NCBI GenBank assembly: GCA_964354545.1
Contig: CAYHAE010000002.1
Span: 3,847 to 67,846, forward strand
Length of the DNA stretch: 64,000 nt
Reading direction: 5' to 3'
DNA from: an uncultured Planctomycetia bacterium
GTDB lineage: Bacteria; Omnitrophota; Gorgyraeia; 2-01-FULL-45-10; JAHFGN01
A program made the translations under genes and the position numbers. Below are positions 1 through 8,604 of this stretch, piece after piece. The notes under the pieces were generated by a model that saw only the letters and a list, made by a program, of their open reading frames with translations, searched no databases and had not been told where the DNA came from. How positions within the stretch are numbered: the stretch's first letter is position 1; each line of letters opens with the position of its first letter.

Positions 1-330
1 ATTGTTGAGCTCACCGAGAAGAAGATCGTTGAGAAGGCGCCCAAGAAGAAAAAGGCCGCTCCTCCAGAGAAAGAGAAGGCAGCGCCTGAGACCGAGGCCA
101 CGGCCGTGCAGCCCTCCGGGAAGGTTAAGGAAGGGCCTGCGAGGCCCAAGGGAGAACCCAAGCATCGCGAGGGGCCAAAGCCGAAGGCCGTTCCCAAGTC
201 GAAGCCGACCCTCGAAGAGGAGAGAGCGAGAGAGAAGGCAAAGACAGAAGGGAAGAGGTTCGAGGAGAAGAAGGGCGGCTTCCTCAAGCAGTTGCGGGGA
301 CGCTTCAGAAAGAGGGGTACCGACACATAG
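1..330 (+). CDS. partial CDS (5' end outside window): Lys/Glu/Pro-rich C-terminal tail of unknown protein
   Basis: Frame 1 is open from base 1 to TAG at 328-330 with GC3-rich codons (aag/gag). The overlapping 2..442 frame is an Arg-rich artefact. Confidence 0.45.
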   Translation: MVELTEKKIVEKAPKKKKAAPPEKEKAAPETEATAVQPSGKVKEGPARPKGEPKHREGPKPKAVPKSKPTLEEERAREKAKTEGKRFEEKKGGFLKQLRGRFRKRGTDT

Positions 331-467
331 CGGGAGCGGGCCCCTTGCCATCCTCGAGCGTGTCTTACGCGAGCCCTTTTCGAAATTACCTCCATTCTTT
401 TATGAACACCTCGTGTTCTACCGCATAATTTCCCCAAAATAATCCATACTGTAAGGGATTTTTCTGC

Positions 468-496
468 TTGTCATATGGGCATGATTATGATATTAT
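468..496 (+). promoter_or_regulatory. putative sigma70-type promoter (TTGTCA-17-TATTAT) for the aminotransferase operon
   Basis: Hexamers read directly, about 40 nt upstream of ATG 536. Confidence 0.35.
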
Positions 497-499
497 CTA

Positions 500-521
500 A
501 TCCCATACATATCCCATACAT
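500..521 (+). repeat. perfect tandem direct repeat 2 x ATCCCATACAT
   Basis: Read directly, between the putative -10 and the RBS of the aminotransferase gene. Confidence 0.6.
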
Positions 522-535
522 AAAAGAGATAAAAA

Positions 536-1708
536 ATGTTGTCCTTATCGAAAAATATCGCGAAAATAACTTCGTCAGTGACCCTTGACATCACCGCCAA
601 GGCAAAGAAGATGGCGAAGAGCGGCATCGACGTGGTGAACTTCGGCGCAGGAGAGCCTGATTTCGATACGCCGGAGCACATCAAAAAGGCCGCGATACGT
701 GCCATAGAGGAAGGATTCACGAAGTACACCCCGTCGAGCGGTATGCCGGAGCTGAGAGAGGCCATTGCACGAAAGTTCAAAGCGGACAACGGTGTGGAGT
801 ATCGGGCCTCCCAGATCGTCGTATCGTGCGGCGCGAAGCACTCCCTCTACAATATTTTCGCAGCCCTCGTCAATGAAGGCGACGAAGTTATCATCCCGGC
901 GCCGTATTGGGTAAGCTATCCCGAGATGGTGAAGGCGCAGGGCGGAGTGCCCGTATACCTCGAGACTTCCCCCGAAACCAATTTCAAAGTCACCGAACCG
1001 CTCCTGAAGAAAAAGCTTACGAAAAGGACGAAGGCGTTCATCCTCAACAGCCCCTCCAACCCTACCGGGTGCGTCTACCGCAGCGAAGAGCTTCGATTCA
1101 TCGCAGAGCACGCGGTACGGCACGGTTTCTATGTCGTGAGCGACGAGATCTACGAGAAGCTCATCTATGACGGCGCGCGGCATATATCGATCGCGTCGCT
1201 CGGGAAGGATGTCTGCGAGAGGACGATCGTCGTGAACGGGGTTTCGAAAAGCTACTCGATGACCGGCTGGAGGATCGGATATGCAGCGGGACCGGATGCG
1301 ATCATGGAATCGATCTCCAGCTTCCAGAGCCATACCACCTCAAACCCGACTTCCGTGAGCCAAAAGGCCGCGCTCTGTGCGCTTGAGTCCGACCAGTCGT
1401 GCGTCGAGACGATGCGTGCCGAATTCGAAAAGAGGCGCACCTCCATGGTCGAAAGGATCAGGCGCATCAAAGGCTTATCGTGCGTAAAACCGGACGGCGC
1501 CTTCTATGTGTTCTGCGATATATCCGGGCTCGGGATAGATTCCGCGGGGCTTGCGAACGCGCTGCTCGATGGCGTGCACGTCGCGGTGGTGCCGGGTTCT
1601 GGGTTCGGCGCAGATTCATTTCTACGGCTCAGCTTCGCCACGAGCATGGAGAGGATCGCCGAGGGCCTCGATAGGATCGACCGGTGGGTGCGTGAGAGGA
1701 AGGCGTGA
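536..1708 (+). CDS. aspC: aspartate aminotransferase (class I/II PLP-dependent aminotransferase)
   Basis: 390 aa. N-term LSKNIAKITSSVTLDITAKAKK...GAGEPDFDTP matches the AspAT consensus. PLP-lysine motif SKSYSMTGWRIGY. Putative promoter and AG-rich RBS upstream. Confidence 0.85.
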   Translation: MLSLSKNIAKITSSVTLDITAKAKKMAKSGIDVVNFGAGEPDFDTPEHIKKAAIRAIEEGFTKYTPSSGMPELREAIARKFKADNGVEYRASQIVVSCGAKHSLYNIFAALVNEGDEVIIPAPYWVSYPEMVKAQGGVPVYLETSPETNFKVTEPLLKKKLTKRTKAFILNSPSNPTGCVYRSEELRFIAEHAVRHGFYVVSDEIYEKLIYDGARHISIASLGKDVCERTIVVNGVSKSYSMTGWRIGYAAGPDAIMESISSFQSHTTSNPTSVSQKAALCALESDQSCVETMRAEFEKRRTSMVERIRRIKGLSCVKPDGAFYVFCDISGLGIDSAGLANALLDGVHVAVVPGSGFGADSFLRLSFATSMERIAEGLDRIDRWVRERKA

Positions 1709-1709
1709 C

Positions 1710-2975
1710 ATGGGCAAGACGATCGCAGAAAAGATACTCGGCTCACATGCCGCCAGAGACGTAAAGGCAGGCGACATCGTCGTGTGTAACGTCGATTACT
1801 GCTTTGGCCAGGACGGGACGAGCTCCATCATCATCGACAGCTTCAGGAAGCTCGGCGTGAAAGCGGTCTTCGACGCGTCAAAGTTCTGCATGGTGATCGA
1901 CCACAGTGCACCGAGCCCGGAGATAGGCGTCTCGGAGATCCACAAGAAGATGCGCTGTTTCGCGAGGGAGATGGGCGTCGGTCTGTACGATGCAGGCTGC
2001 GGCGTCTGCCATCAGCTCATACCGCAGAACGGGCACGTGACGTGCGGGGACCTGGTCCTCGGGGCGGACTCGCACACGTGTACCTACGGCGCGATCAACG
2101 TATTCTCCACCGGCGTCGGCTCAACGGACCTCGCCATCGCGCTCGCGAGCGGCAAGAACTGGTTCAGGGTGCCGGAAACGATGAAGATCATCGTGAAGGG
2201 GACGCTGCCGAAAGGGGTCTACTCGAAGGACATCATCCTCCACATCATCAAGAAAGTCACGGCGAACGGTGCGACCTATAAGTCGGTCGAATTCGCCGGC
2301 GATGCGATCTCGGATTTGAGCGTCGACGCACGCTTTACCATTGCGAATATGGCGGTCGAGATGGGCGCAAAATGCGGTCTCATGGACGCTGACGATAAAG
2401 TGCTGAAGTGGCTCGCGAAGAGGCCTTCGAAGAGAGAGCCGAGGACCGTCGCCGCCGACATCGATGCGCGGTACAGCTCCATCAAAGAGCACGATATCTC
2501 GAACCTCTCTCCCCAGGTTGCAAAACCGCACACGGTAGACACTGTGTCGCCGGTGGAAGAGGTGGAGGGCCTGAGGATAGACGAGGCGTACCTCGGGACG
2601 TGTACGAACGGGCGTCTCGAGGACATAGAGATCGCCTGCAGGATCCTCAAGGGGCACAGGGTCCACCCCGATGTCAAATTCATCGTCGCACCCGCATCAA
2701 AGGAGATTTATCTCGAGGCTGTCAAAAAAGGGTTCATAGAGGTCCTCGCGGAGTCAGGATGCGCGGTGGTGGGGCCGGGGTGCGGCCCGTGCGTAGGGAC
2801 GCATAACGGTGTGCCCGCTGACGGAGAAGTCGCGATCTCGACGGCGAACAGGAACTTCAAGGGCAGGATGGGGAACCCGAACGCCTTCATCTATCTTGCG
2901 AGCCCCGCGACGGTGACGGCGTCCGCCATCGCCGGCGCAATCCGAGACCCGCGGCACTACAAGAAGAGGTTGTGA
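1710..2975 (+). CDS. leuC: 3-isopropylmalate/homoaconitate dehydratase large subunit, archaeal-type (aconitase superfamily)
   Basis: 421 aa starting MGKTIAEKILGSHA. Aconitase-family Cys ligands present (GADSHTCTYG, GTCTNGRLED). ATG at 1710 lies 1 nt after the aspAT stop. The upstream extension of ORF 1551 was rejected. Confidence 0.8.
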   Translation: MGKTIAEKILGSHAARDVKAGDIVVCNVDYCFGQDGTSSIIIDSFRKLGVKAVFDASKFCMVIDHSAPSPEIGVSEIHKKMRCFAREMGVGLYDAGCGVCHQLIPQNGHVTCGDLVLGADSHTCTYGAINVFSTGVGSTDLAIALASGKNWFRVPETMKIIVKGTLPKGVYSKDIILHIIKKVTANGATYKSVEFAGDAISDLSVDARFTIANMAVEMGAKCGLMDADDKVLKWLAKRPSKREPRTVAADIDARYSSIKEHDISNLSPQVAKPHTVDTVSPVEEVEGLRIDEAYLGTCTNGRLEDIEIACRILKGHRVHPDVKFIVAPASKEIYLEAVKKGFIEVLAESGCAVVGPGCGPCVGTHNGVPADGEVAISTANRNFKGRMGNPNAFIYLASPATVTASAIAGAIRDPRHYKKRL

Positions 2976-2978
2976 GCC

Positions 2979-3494
2979 ATGCCTAAACATTTCGCGAGGC
3001 GTCTCCTGAAGATACAGGACAATATCAATACCGATTACGTCATATCGGGGAGATACAAGTTCAAGATCCAAAACCCGCGGGAGCTCGCGGGGCACATCTT
3101 TGAGGATGTAGACCCCACGTTCGCGTCTCGAGTGAAAAAAGGAGACTTTCTCATCGCGGGTGAAAACTTCGGGTGCGGCTCTTCGCGCGAACAGGCGCCG
3201 CAGGCGCTCAAGGCGGCGGGGATCGAGGCGGTGGTGGCGAAGAGCTTCGCGAGGATATTTTACAGGAACGCGTTCAACATAGGGCTCCTCCTCGTGGAGA
3301 CCCAGACGCAGCATATCGACGACGGCGATGAGCTCGAGATCGATCTCGGCACGAGCAAGCTGAAGGATAAGAGCAACGGACTCATACTCGACATCAAACC
3401 CACCCCGAAGCTTATGAGGACCTTCCTGGAAGACGGAGGGGTAGTCGGGCATTTTAAAAAATACGGGGGATTTCGAATTGAAAGCGTCTCATAG
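2979..3494 (+). CDS. leuD: 3-isopropylmalate/homoaconitate dehydratase small subunit (LeuD-like)
   Basis: 171 aa with LeuD/aconitase swivel-domain motifs (GENFGCGSSREQAPQALKAAGI). Starts 4 nt after leuC-like. Confidence 0.8.
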   Translation: MPKHFARRLLKIQDNINTDYVISGRYKFKIQNPRELAGHIFEDVDPTFASRVKKGDFLIAGENFGCGSSREQAPQALKAAGIEAVVAKSFARIFYRNAFNIGLLLVETQTQHIDDGDELEIDLGTSKLKDKSNGLILDIKPTPKLMRTFLEDGGVVGHFKKYGGFRIESVS

Positions 3495-4569
3495 GGTTAC
3501 CCTCATCCCCGGGGACGGGACGGGACCCGAACTCGCCGACGCGGCGAGGCGCTGCCTTGAAGCGACCGGCATCGCGTTCGACTGGGATATCCAGGACGCG
3601 GGCGAGTCCAGCATAGAGAAATACAACACCCCGCTCCCCACCCATCTGCTCGAGTCAATCAAGAAGAATAGATGCGCGCTGAAAGGACCCATCACGACGC
3701 CTGTGGGAGGCGGATTCAGGAGCGTGAACGTCGAATTGAGAAAGGCGCTCGACCTCTACGCCTGCCTGAGACCCTGCAAGAGCTATGAGGGCGTGAGGTC
3801 TCACTACAAAGACATTGACCTTGTCATCGTGAGGGAAAATACAGAAGACCTCTACGCGGGTATCGAGTTCGCGCACTCAAGCCCCGACGCGGAAAAGGTG
3901 ATCGAGGTCATCGAGGACGTGAGCCGAAAATCCATCAGACGGGGTTCCGCCATCAGCATAAAGCCGATATCGGAGTTCGGAACGCGACGGATCGTGAAGT
4001 TCGCATTTGACTACGCGCTCTCCCATTCGAGGAAGAAGGTCACCTGTGTCCACAAGGCGAATATTATGAAATATACGGACGGGCTCTTTCTCGAAGTTGC
4101 CCGGGATGTGGCGCGGACCTATGAGGGACGAATTGCGTTCGACGACAGGATCGTCGACAACATGTGCATGCAGCTCGTCCAGAAACCCGAAGAGTATGAC
4201 GTCCTCGTCCTTCCGAACCTCTACGGAGATATCATATCTGACCTCGCGGCGGGTCTCGTCGGAGGCCTCGGCGTGGCGCCGGGTGCGAATATCGGCAGCG
4301 AGGTCGCGGTCTTTGAGCCGACGCACGGGAGTGCGCCGAAGTACAAGGGAAGAAATAAGGTGAACCCGGCCGCCATCCTCCTTTCTGCGTGCATGATGCT
4401 CGACTACCTCGGCGAGGAACGCGCTGCGCGCAGGCTCGAAAGGGCGACCGCGCAGGTGATAAGGGACGGCCGGTCCGTGACCTATGACCTGAAGGCGGAC
4501 AGGAACGACCCGAGCGCCGTCGGGACGAGCGAGATGGCAGATGCGGTCATAAAGGCGATGAAGAGATGA
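3478..4569 (+). CDS. NAD-dependent isocitrate/homoisocitrate dehydrogenase family (beta-decarboxylating dehydrogenase)
   Basis: 363 aa. SIKKNRCALKGPITTP and NLYGDIISDLAAGLVGGLGVAPGANIG motifs. The ICDH/HICDH branch is more likely than LeuB. Overlaps the leuD-like end. Confidence 0.75.
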   Translation: MKASHRVTLIPGDGTGPELADAARRCLEATGIAFDWDIQDAGESSIEKYNTPLPTHLLESIKKNRCALKGPITTPVGGGFRSVNVELRKALDLYACLRPCKSYEGVRSHYKDIDLVIVRENTEDLYAGIEFAHSSPDAEKVIEVIEDVSRKSIRRGSAISIKPISEFGTRRIVKFAFDYALSHSRKKVTCVHKANIMKYTDGLFLEVARDVARTYEGRIAFDDRIVDNMCMQLVQKPEEYDVLVLPNLYGDIISDLAAGLVGGLGVAPGANIGSEVAVFEPTHGSAPKYKGRNKVNPAAILLSACMMLDYLGEERAARRLERATAQVIRDGRSVTYDLKADRNDPSAVGTSEMADAVIKAMKR

Positions 4570-5507
4570 AGGGGCGTTCTGTCGATAAGGTCGCGGTCAT
4601 CGGCGCAGGCAACGTCGGCGCCACCCTCGCGATGAGGATTGTCGAGAGCGGCCTCGCCGACGCGGTACTCGTGGACATCGAGAGGCCGATCGCAGAGGGC
4701 AAGGCGCTTGACGTGGCGGATACGGCCGGCATCGTGAGGGGCGCGAGGTCTATCGTCGGGACCGATGAGTATTCCCACATACAAGGTTCAAAGGTCGTCG
4801 CCATCACGGCGGGTCTCGCCCGTAAGCCGGGGATGAGCCGTGACGACCTCGTGTCGAAGAACGCCGCCATCGTGAAAGGTGTCGTTGAAAAGGTGAGGAT
4901 GAATGCGCCGGAGGCCGTCATCGTCGTCGTCACGAATCCGCTCGATGCGATGACGTATCTCGCGTACAAGGCGAGCTCCTTCGGCAGGGAGAGGGTTCTG
5001 GGCATGGCGGGCCTTTTGGACGAGTCGCGTTTTATCGGTGTGATCGCGCGCGAGCTCAAGGTGAGTCCGGGCGATGTGAGGACGGTCATCATGGGCAGCC
5101 ACGGCGACACCATGGTTCCCATACTCTCGCACACCACGGTCGGAAAGAAGGACCTGCGGGCCCTCATGCCGAAGGAGAAGATCGACGAACTCATACGCAC
5201 TACCCGGTCGAGAGGCGCCCAGATTGTAAACCTGCTAGGCTCAGGGAGCGCATACTACTCACCGGCGCTTGCGACATTCAAGATGGTAGAGGCCGTCATG
5301 AAAGACACGAAAGAGGTGATCACCGCCTCGTGCTATCTTGAAGGAGAATACGGCTTCAATGACATCTGCATCGGGGTCCCTGTCCGAGTGGGGAGGAAGG
5401 GCATAGAATCCGTGGTTGAGCTCACGCTCACCGAAGACGAGAAGGCGGCGCTCGGGGAATCCGCGCGCGCGCTGCGCCGCGTCATCGAATCATTATCCCT
5501 CTCGTAA
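4566..5507 (+). CDS. mdh: malate dehydrogenase (LDH-like MDH family)
   Basis: 313 aa. Rossmann motif KVAVIGAGNVGATLA. TNPLD and GSHGDTMVP motifs. ATGA overlap with the upstream gene. Confidence 0.85.
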   Translation: MKGRSVDKVAVIGAGNVGATLAMRIVESGLADAVLVDIERPIAEGKALDVADTAGIVRGARSIVGTDEYSHIQGSKVVAITAGLARKPGMSRDDLVSKNAAIVKGVVEKVRMNAPEAVIVVVTNPLDAMTYLAYKASSFGRERVLGMAGLLDESRFIGVIARELKVSPGDVRTVIMGSHGDTMVPILSHTTVGKKDLRALMPKEKIDELIRTTRSRGAQIVNLLGSGSAYYSPALATFKMVEAVMKDTKEVITASCYLEGEYGFNDICIGVPVRVGRKGIESVVELTLTEDEKAALGESARALRRVIESLSLS

Positions 5508-5509
5508 AT

Positions 5510-6874
5510 ATGAAGCATTACGATCTTGCCATTCTGGGTGCCGGGCCGGGAGGCTACACGAGTGCGATCTATGCCTCCAGGCTCGGGCTCACGGTGTGTC
5601 TCGTCGAGAAAGACCTCCTCGGAGGGACGTGCCTCAACCGCGGATGCATACCCACAAAAGTCATGCTCAATGCCGCAAAGCTCCTCGGGTCTGTCCGAGA
5701 CTCAAGCGCCTACGGGATCGCGGTCAAGGACTGCCAGTTCCTGCCCGAGCAGCTATTCCGTAAGATGGACGAGGTCGTATTAAAATTGAGGTCCGGGGTC
5801 TCCTCGCTCTTAAAGGCAAATAAGGTCGACCTGATAAAGGGGCGCGGCAGGTTAAAGGCGAAGGGCGTGATCGACCTTGGCGGCGATGAGATAGGGGCGC
5901 GCACCATCATCATCGCGACCGGCTCCTCTCCGCGAACGCTCGAGGGCCTCGGGTTTGACGGCATCAACATTCTATCGAGCGAGGACGTCCTCGCAATGAG
6001 GAAGATTCCCAAGAGCCTCCTCGTCGTCGGGGGCGGCGCCATCGGATGCGAGTTTTCTCAGTTTTACAGCGCCGTCGGCGTAAGGGTCGCTATCGTCGAG
6101 TTCATGGAGACCTTGCTTCCGAATCTGGGCAGGGAGATCGGCAGGAAGATGGAGGCCCTCTTCAAAAAAAGGGGGATAGAGGTCCATACCTCTACCAAGG
6201 TGGAACGTGTTGATGTAAGGGAGGGCGTGTGCGAGGCGACCCTTTCGGACTCCTCCGCGGTCGAGTCAGAGGCGGTCCTCGTGTCCGTGGGCCGGGCGTT
6301 CAATTCGAACGACCTGGGCCTTGAAGCGCTCGGCATCGCCATCGACAGGGGAAGGATCGTTGTCGACGAGTACCTGGAGACGAACGCGAAGGGAGTTTAT
6401 GCGATAGGGGACGTGATCGGAGGCCCGATGCTCGCCCACGCCGCCTCATACGAGGGAATGCTCGTGTGTGACACCATTGCGGGAAAAAGGAAGAAGGTCA
6501 GCTTCTCGTCCATCCCGAACTGTATCTACACGGATCCCGAAATCGCTACATGCGGGCTGCAGGAAGAGGAGGCGCGGAAGGCCTTTCCGGACTGCAAGGT
6601 AGCGAAGTTCCCATATCTGGCGTCGAGCAAGGCGCACGTCCTCGGCAAGACGGAAGGCTTCATTAAGATCATCGGCGACGCGCGCGGCAGAGTGCTGGGT
6701 ATCGAGATCTTCGGTGAAGACGCATGCAATCTGATCGGCGAGGCGAGCCTCGCGGTGGCGCTCGGTGCGGATGTCGAGGGCATCGCAGGCGCGGTCCATG
6801 GCCATCCGACCCTCTCGGAGATATTCGGCGAGGCGGGCCATCTCTTTTTAGGAAAGGCAATCCATACGTTATGA
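5510..6874 (+). CDS. lpdA: dihydrolipoyl dehydrogenase (E3)
   Basis: 454 aa. N-term YDLAILGAGPGGY. Redox-active GGTCLNRGCIPTK. C-terminal HAHPTLSE interface motif. Confidence 0.85.
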   Translation: MKHYDLAILGAGPGGYTSAIYASRLGLTVCLVEKDLLGGTCLNRGCIPTKVMLNAAKLLGSVRDSSAYGIAVKDCQFLPEQLFRKMDEVVLKLRSGVSSLLKANKVDLIKGRGRLKAKGVIDLGGDEIGARTIIIATGSSPRTLEGLGFDGINILSSEDVLAMRKIPKSLLVVGGGAIGCEFSQFYSAVGVRVAIVEFMETLLPNLGREIGRKMEALFKKRGIEVHTSTKVERVDVREGVCEATLSDSSAVESEAVLVSVGRAFNSNDLGLEALGIAIDRGRIVVDEYLETNAKGVYAIGDVIGGPMLAHAASYEGMLVCDTIAGKRKKVSFSSIPNCIYTDPEIATCGLQEEEARKAFPDCKVAKFPYLASSKAHVLGKTEGFIKIIGDARGRVLGIEIFGEDACNLIGEASLAVALGADVEGIAGAVHGHPTLSEIFGEAGHLFLGKAIHTL

Positions 6875-7533
6875 TAGTAGACTTGGGGCTCGTGGATTAC
6901 GAAGAAGCGTACAGGGTTCAGCTCGATATGGTGGTGCGCAGGCGGCTCCATGAGATCGATGACTCCCTCGTCATCGCCGAGCACAATGCGGTGATAACGA
7001 TCGGGAGGAGCGGCGCGAAGACCAGATCGGAGAACCTCCTCGTTGACGAGGATGTCCTCGGTGAATACGGGATCAAGGTCCTCACGGTCGACAGAGGCGG
7101 GGATATCACCCTGCACGCACCGGGCCAGCTCATTGTTTACCCGATTGTCGATCTCAAGAGAAAGGCGCGGGACCTCCACCTCTACATGCGGAACCTGGAG
7201 GATGCGATCATAGACTGCGTAAGACATTTCAACATCTCTGCTTTCAGAGTCCCCACGAAGACAGGCGTGTGGGTCACGGTTACCGAGAAGATCGCCTCCA
7301 TCGGCATCGCCTCGGTGGACTGGGTTACCTACCATGGCCTGAGCCTCAACGTCAACGTCAACCTGGAATATTTCACCATGATAAGGTTATGCGGTTTTAA
7401 GGATGTAGAGGCTACATCCATGAAAGAGGTGCTGAGGAAGGGCGTGGACATAGAAGAGGTGAAGCACGTGATGGTAAAGAGCTTGGGCAGACGTCTGGGT
7501 ATCAGCGATGACGCATTTTCCGGCCTGGCTTAA
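6871..7533 (+). CDS. lipB: lipoyl(octanoyl) transferase LipB
   Basis: 220 aa. RGGDITLHAPGQLIVYPI motif. ATGA overlap with the lpd stop. The longer 6724 ORF start was rejected (Arg-rich, overlaps lpd). Confidence 0.8.
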   Translation: MIVDLGLVDYEEAYRVQLDMVVRRRLHEIDDSLVIAEHNAVITIGRSGAKTRSENLLVDEDVLGEYGIKVLTVDRGGDITLHAPGQLIVYPIVDLKRKARDLHLYMRNLEDAIIDCVRHFNISAFRVPTKTGVWVTVTEKIASIGIASVDWVTYHGLSLNVNVNLEYFTMIRLCGFKDVEATSMKEVLRKGVDIEEVKHVMVKSLGRRLGISDDAFSGLA

Positions 7534-8371
7534 AAAGACGCTCTCGTTCGACGGCGCAGTGCACGAGACGAAAGAGGTCCTTGCGCGCTCGGGTGCGAAG
7601 ACGGTATGCGAGTCTGCCCTCTGCCCGAATTTGAACGAGTGTTATGCGAAGCGGTCCGTCACGTTCCTCATACTGGGAGATAGGTGCACAAGGGCGTGCG
7701 CCTTCTGTGCGGCACGGCACGGAGAGGCGCTCCCGCCCGATCCTGAGGAACCCAAGAGGGTCGCGGATGCCCTTGAGCGCCTCGGCGCGCGGCACACGGT
7801 CATCACCTCTGTGACGCGCGACGATCTTGATGACGGCGGCGCGGGGCATTTTGTGCGCGTGGTGGACGGGATCCGTTCGCGCCTGCACGATATCACGATA
7901 GAGCTCCTCATTCCGGATTTTCGCGGCGACCGGAACGCCACGGGACGTGTCTGCCTCGCATCTCCCGACGTCCTCGGACACAACGTGGAAACGGTACCCC
8001 GGCTCTACAGCACCGTCCGGCCAGGGGCGGACTACAGGCGGTCGCTCTCGGTACTGAGGTGGGCAAAGGAGTGCGCGCCAAGGGCTCTTATAAAGAGCTC
8101 GATAGTGCTTGGTTTCGGCGAAGAGAGGCCTGAGGTCGTGGAGTGCATGGAGGACTTGAGGAGCGCAGGATGCGATATGATCACGATCGGCCAGTACCTT
8201 CGCCCTTCTCCCCGCCAGATCCCTGTGGCGAGGTTTGTCAGACCCGAAGAATTTTCTTCATTTGAGGACACGGCGTATGCGATAGGCTTTACTCGCGTCT
8301 CCAGCGGACCTTTCGTGCGCAGCTCCTATGAGGCGCACGAGCATGCGAAGAAAGGAGAGGTGCGGATATGA
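7508..8371 (+). CDS. lipA: lipoyl synthase LipA (radical SAM)
   Basis: 287 aa. CESALCPNLNEC auxiliary cluster and CTRACAFC radical-SAM motif. Confidence 0.85.
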   Translation: MTHFPAWLKKTLSFDGAVHETKEVLARSGAKTVCESALCPNLNECYAKRSVTFLILGDRCTRACAFCAARHGEALPPDPEEPKRVADALERLGARHTVITSVTRDDLDDGGAGHFVRVVDGIRSRLHDITIELLIPDFRGDRNATGRVCLASPDVLGHNVETVPRLYSTVRPGADYRRSLSVLRWAKECAPRALIKSSIVLGFGEERPEVVECMEDLRSAGCDMITIGQYLRPSPRQIPVARFVRPEEFSSFEDTAYAIGFTRVSSGPFVRSSYEAHEHAKKGEVRI

Positions 8372-8604
8372 AAGACGTGGCTCTGCCTCCATTAGCGGAG
8401 GGGGTGAACACCGCAACGGTTTCCTACATCTATGTCAAGAAAGGAGATGTTGTCAAAGAGGGCGACAACCTCCTCGAGCTCGTGACAGATAAGGCGACGT
8501 TCAATCTTCCCTCGCCCTGTCCCGGTGCCATCGCCGATATGCTCTGCAACGAGGGCGACCAGGTGAACGTCGGTCAGGTGCTCATGCACATAGAAGGACA
8601 ATGA
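8368..8604 (+). CDS. stand-alone lipoyl-attachment domain protein (E2-like lipoyl carrier)
   Basis: 78 aa. ELVTDKATFNLPSPCPGAI matches the lipoyl-lysine motif (ETDKA). ATGA overlap with the lipA stop. Confidence 0.7.
   Translation: MKDVALPPLAEGVNTATVSYIYVKKGDVVKEGDNLLELVTDKATFNLPSPCPGAIADMLCNEGDQVNVGQVLMHIEGQ

Noticed and set aside
2-442. 146-aa ORF at the window start
   Set aside because: Poly-Arg/Ser translation. Frame 1 (1..330) gives a coherent Lys/Glu-rich tail with GC3-biased codons, so I kept that partial CDS.
1551-1709. N-terminal extension of the LeuC-like ORF
   Set aside because: The extension overlaps the aminotransferase gene and is Cys/Arg-rich. The conserved LeuC N-terminus begins at MGKTIAEK (ATG 1710), 1 nt after the aspAT stop.
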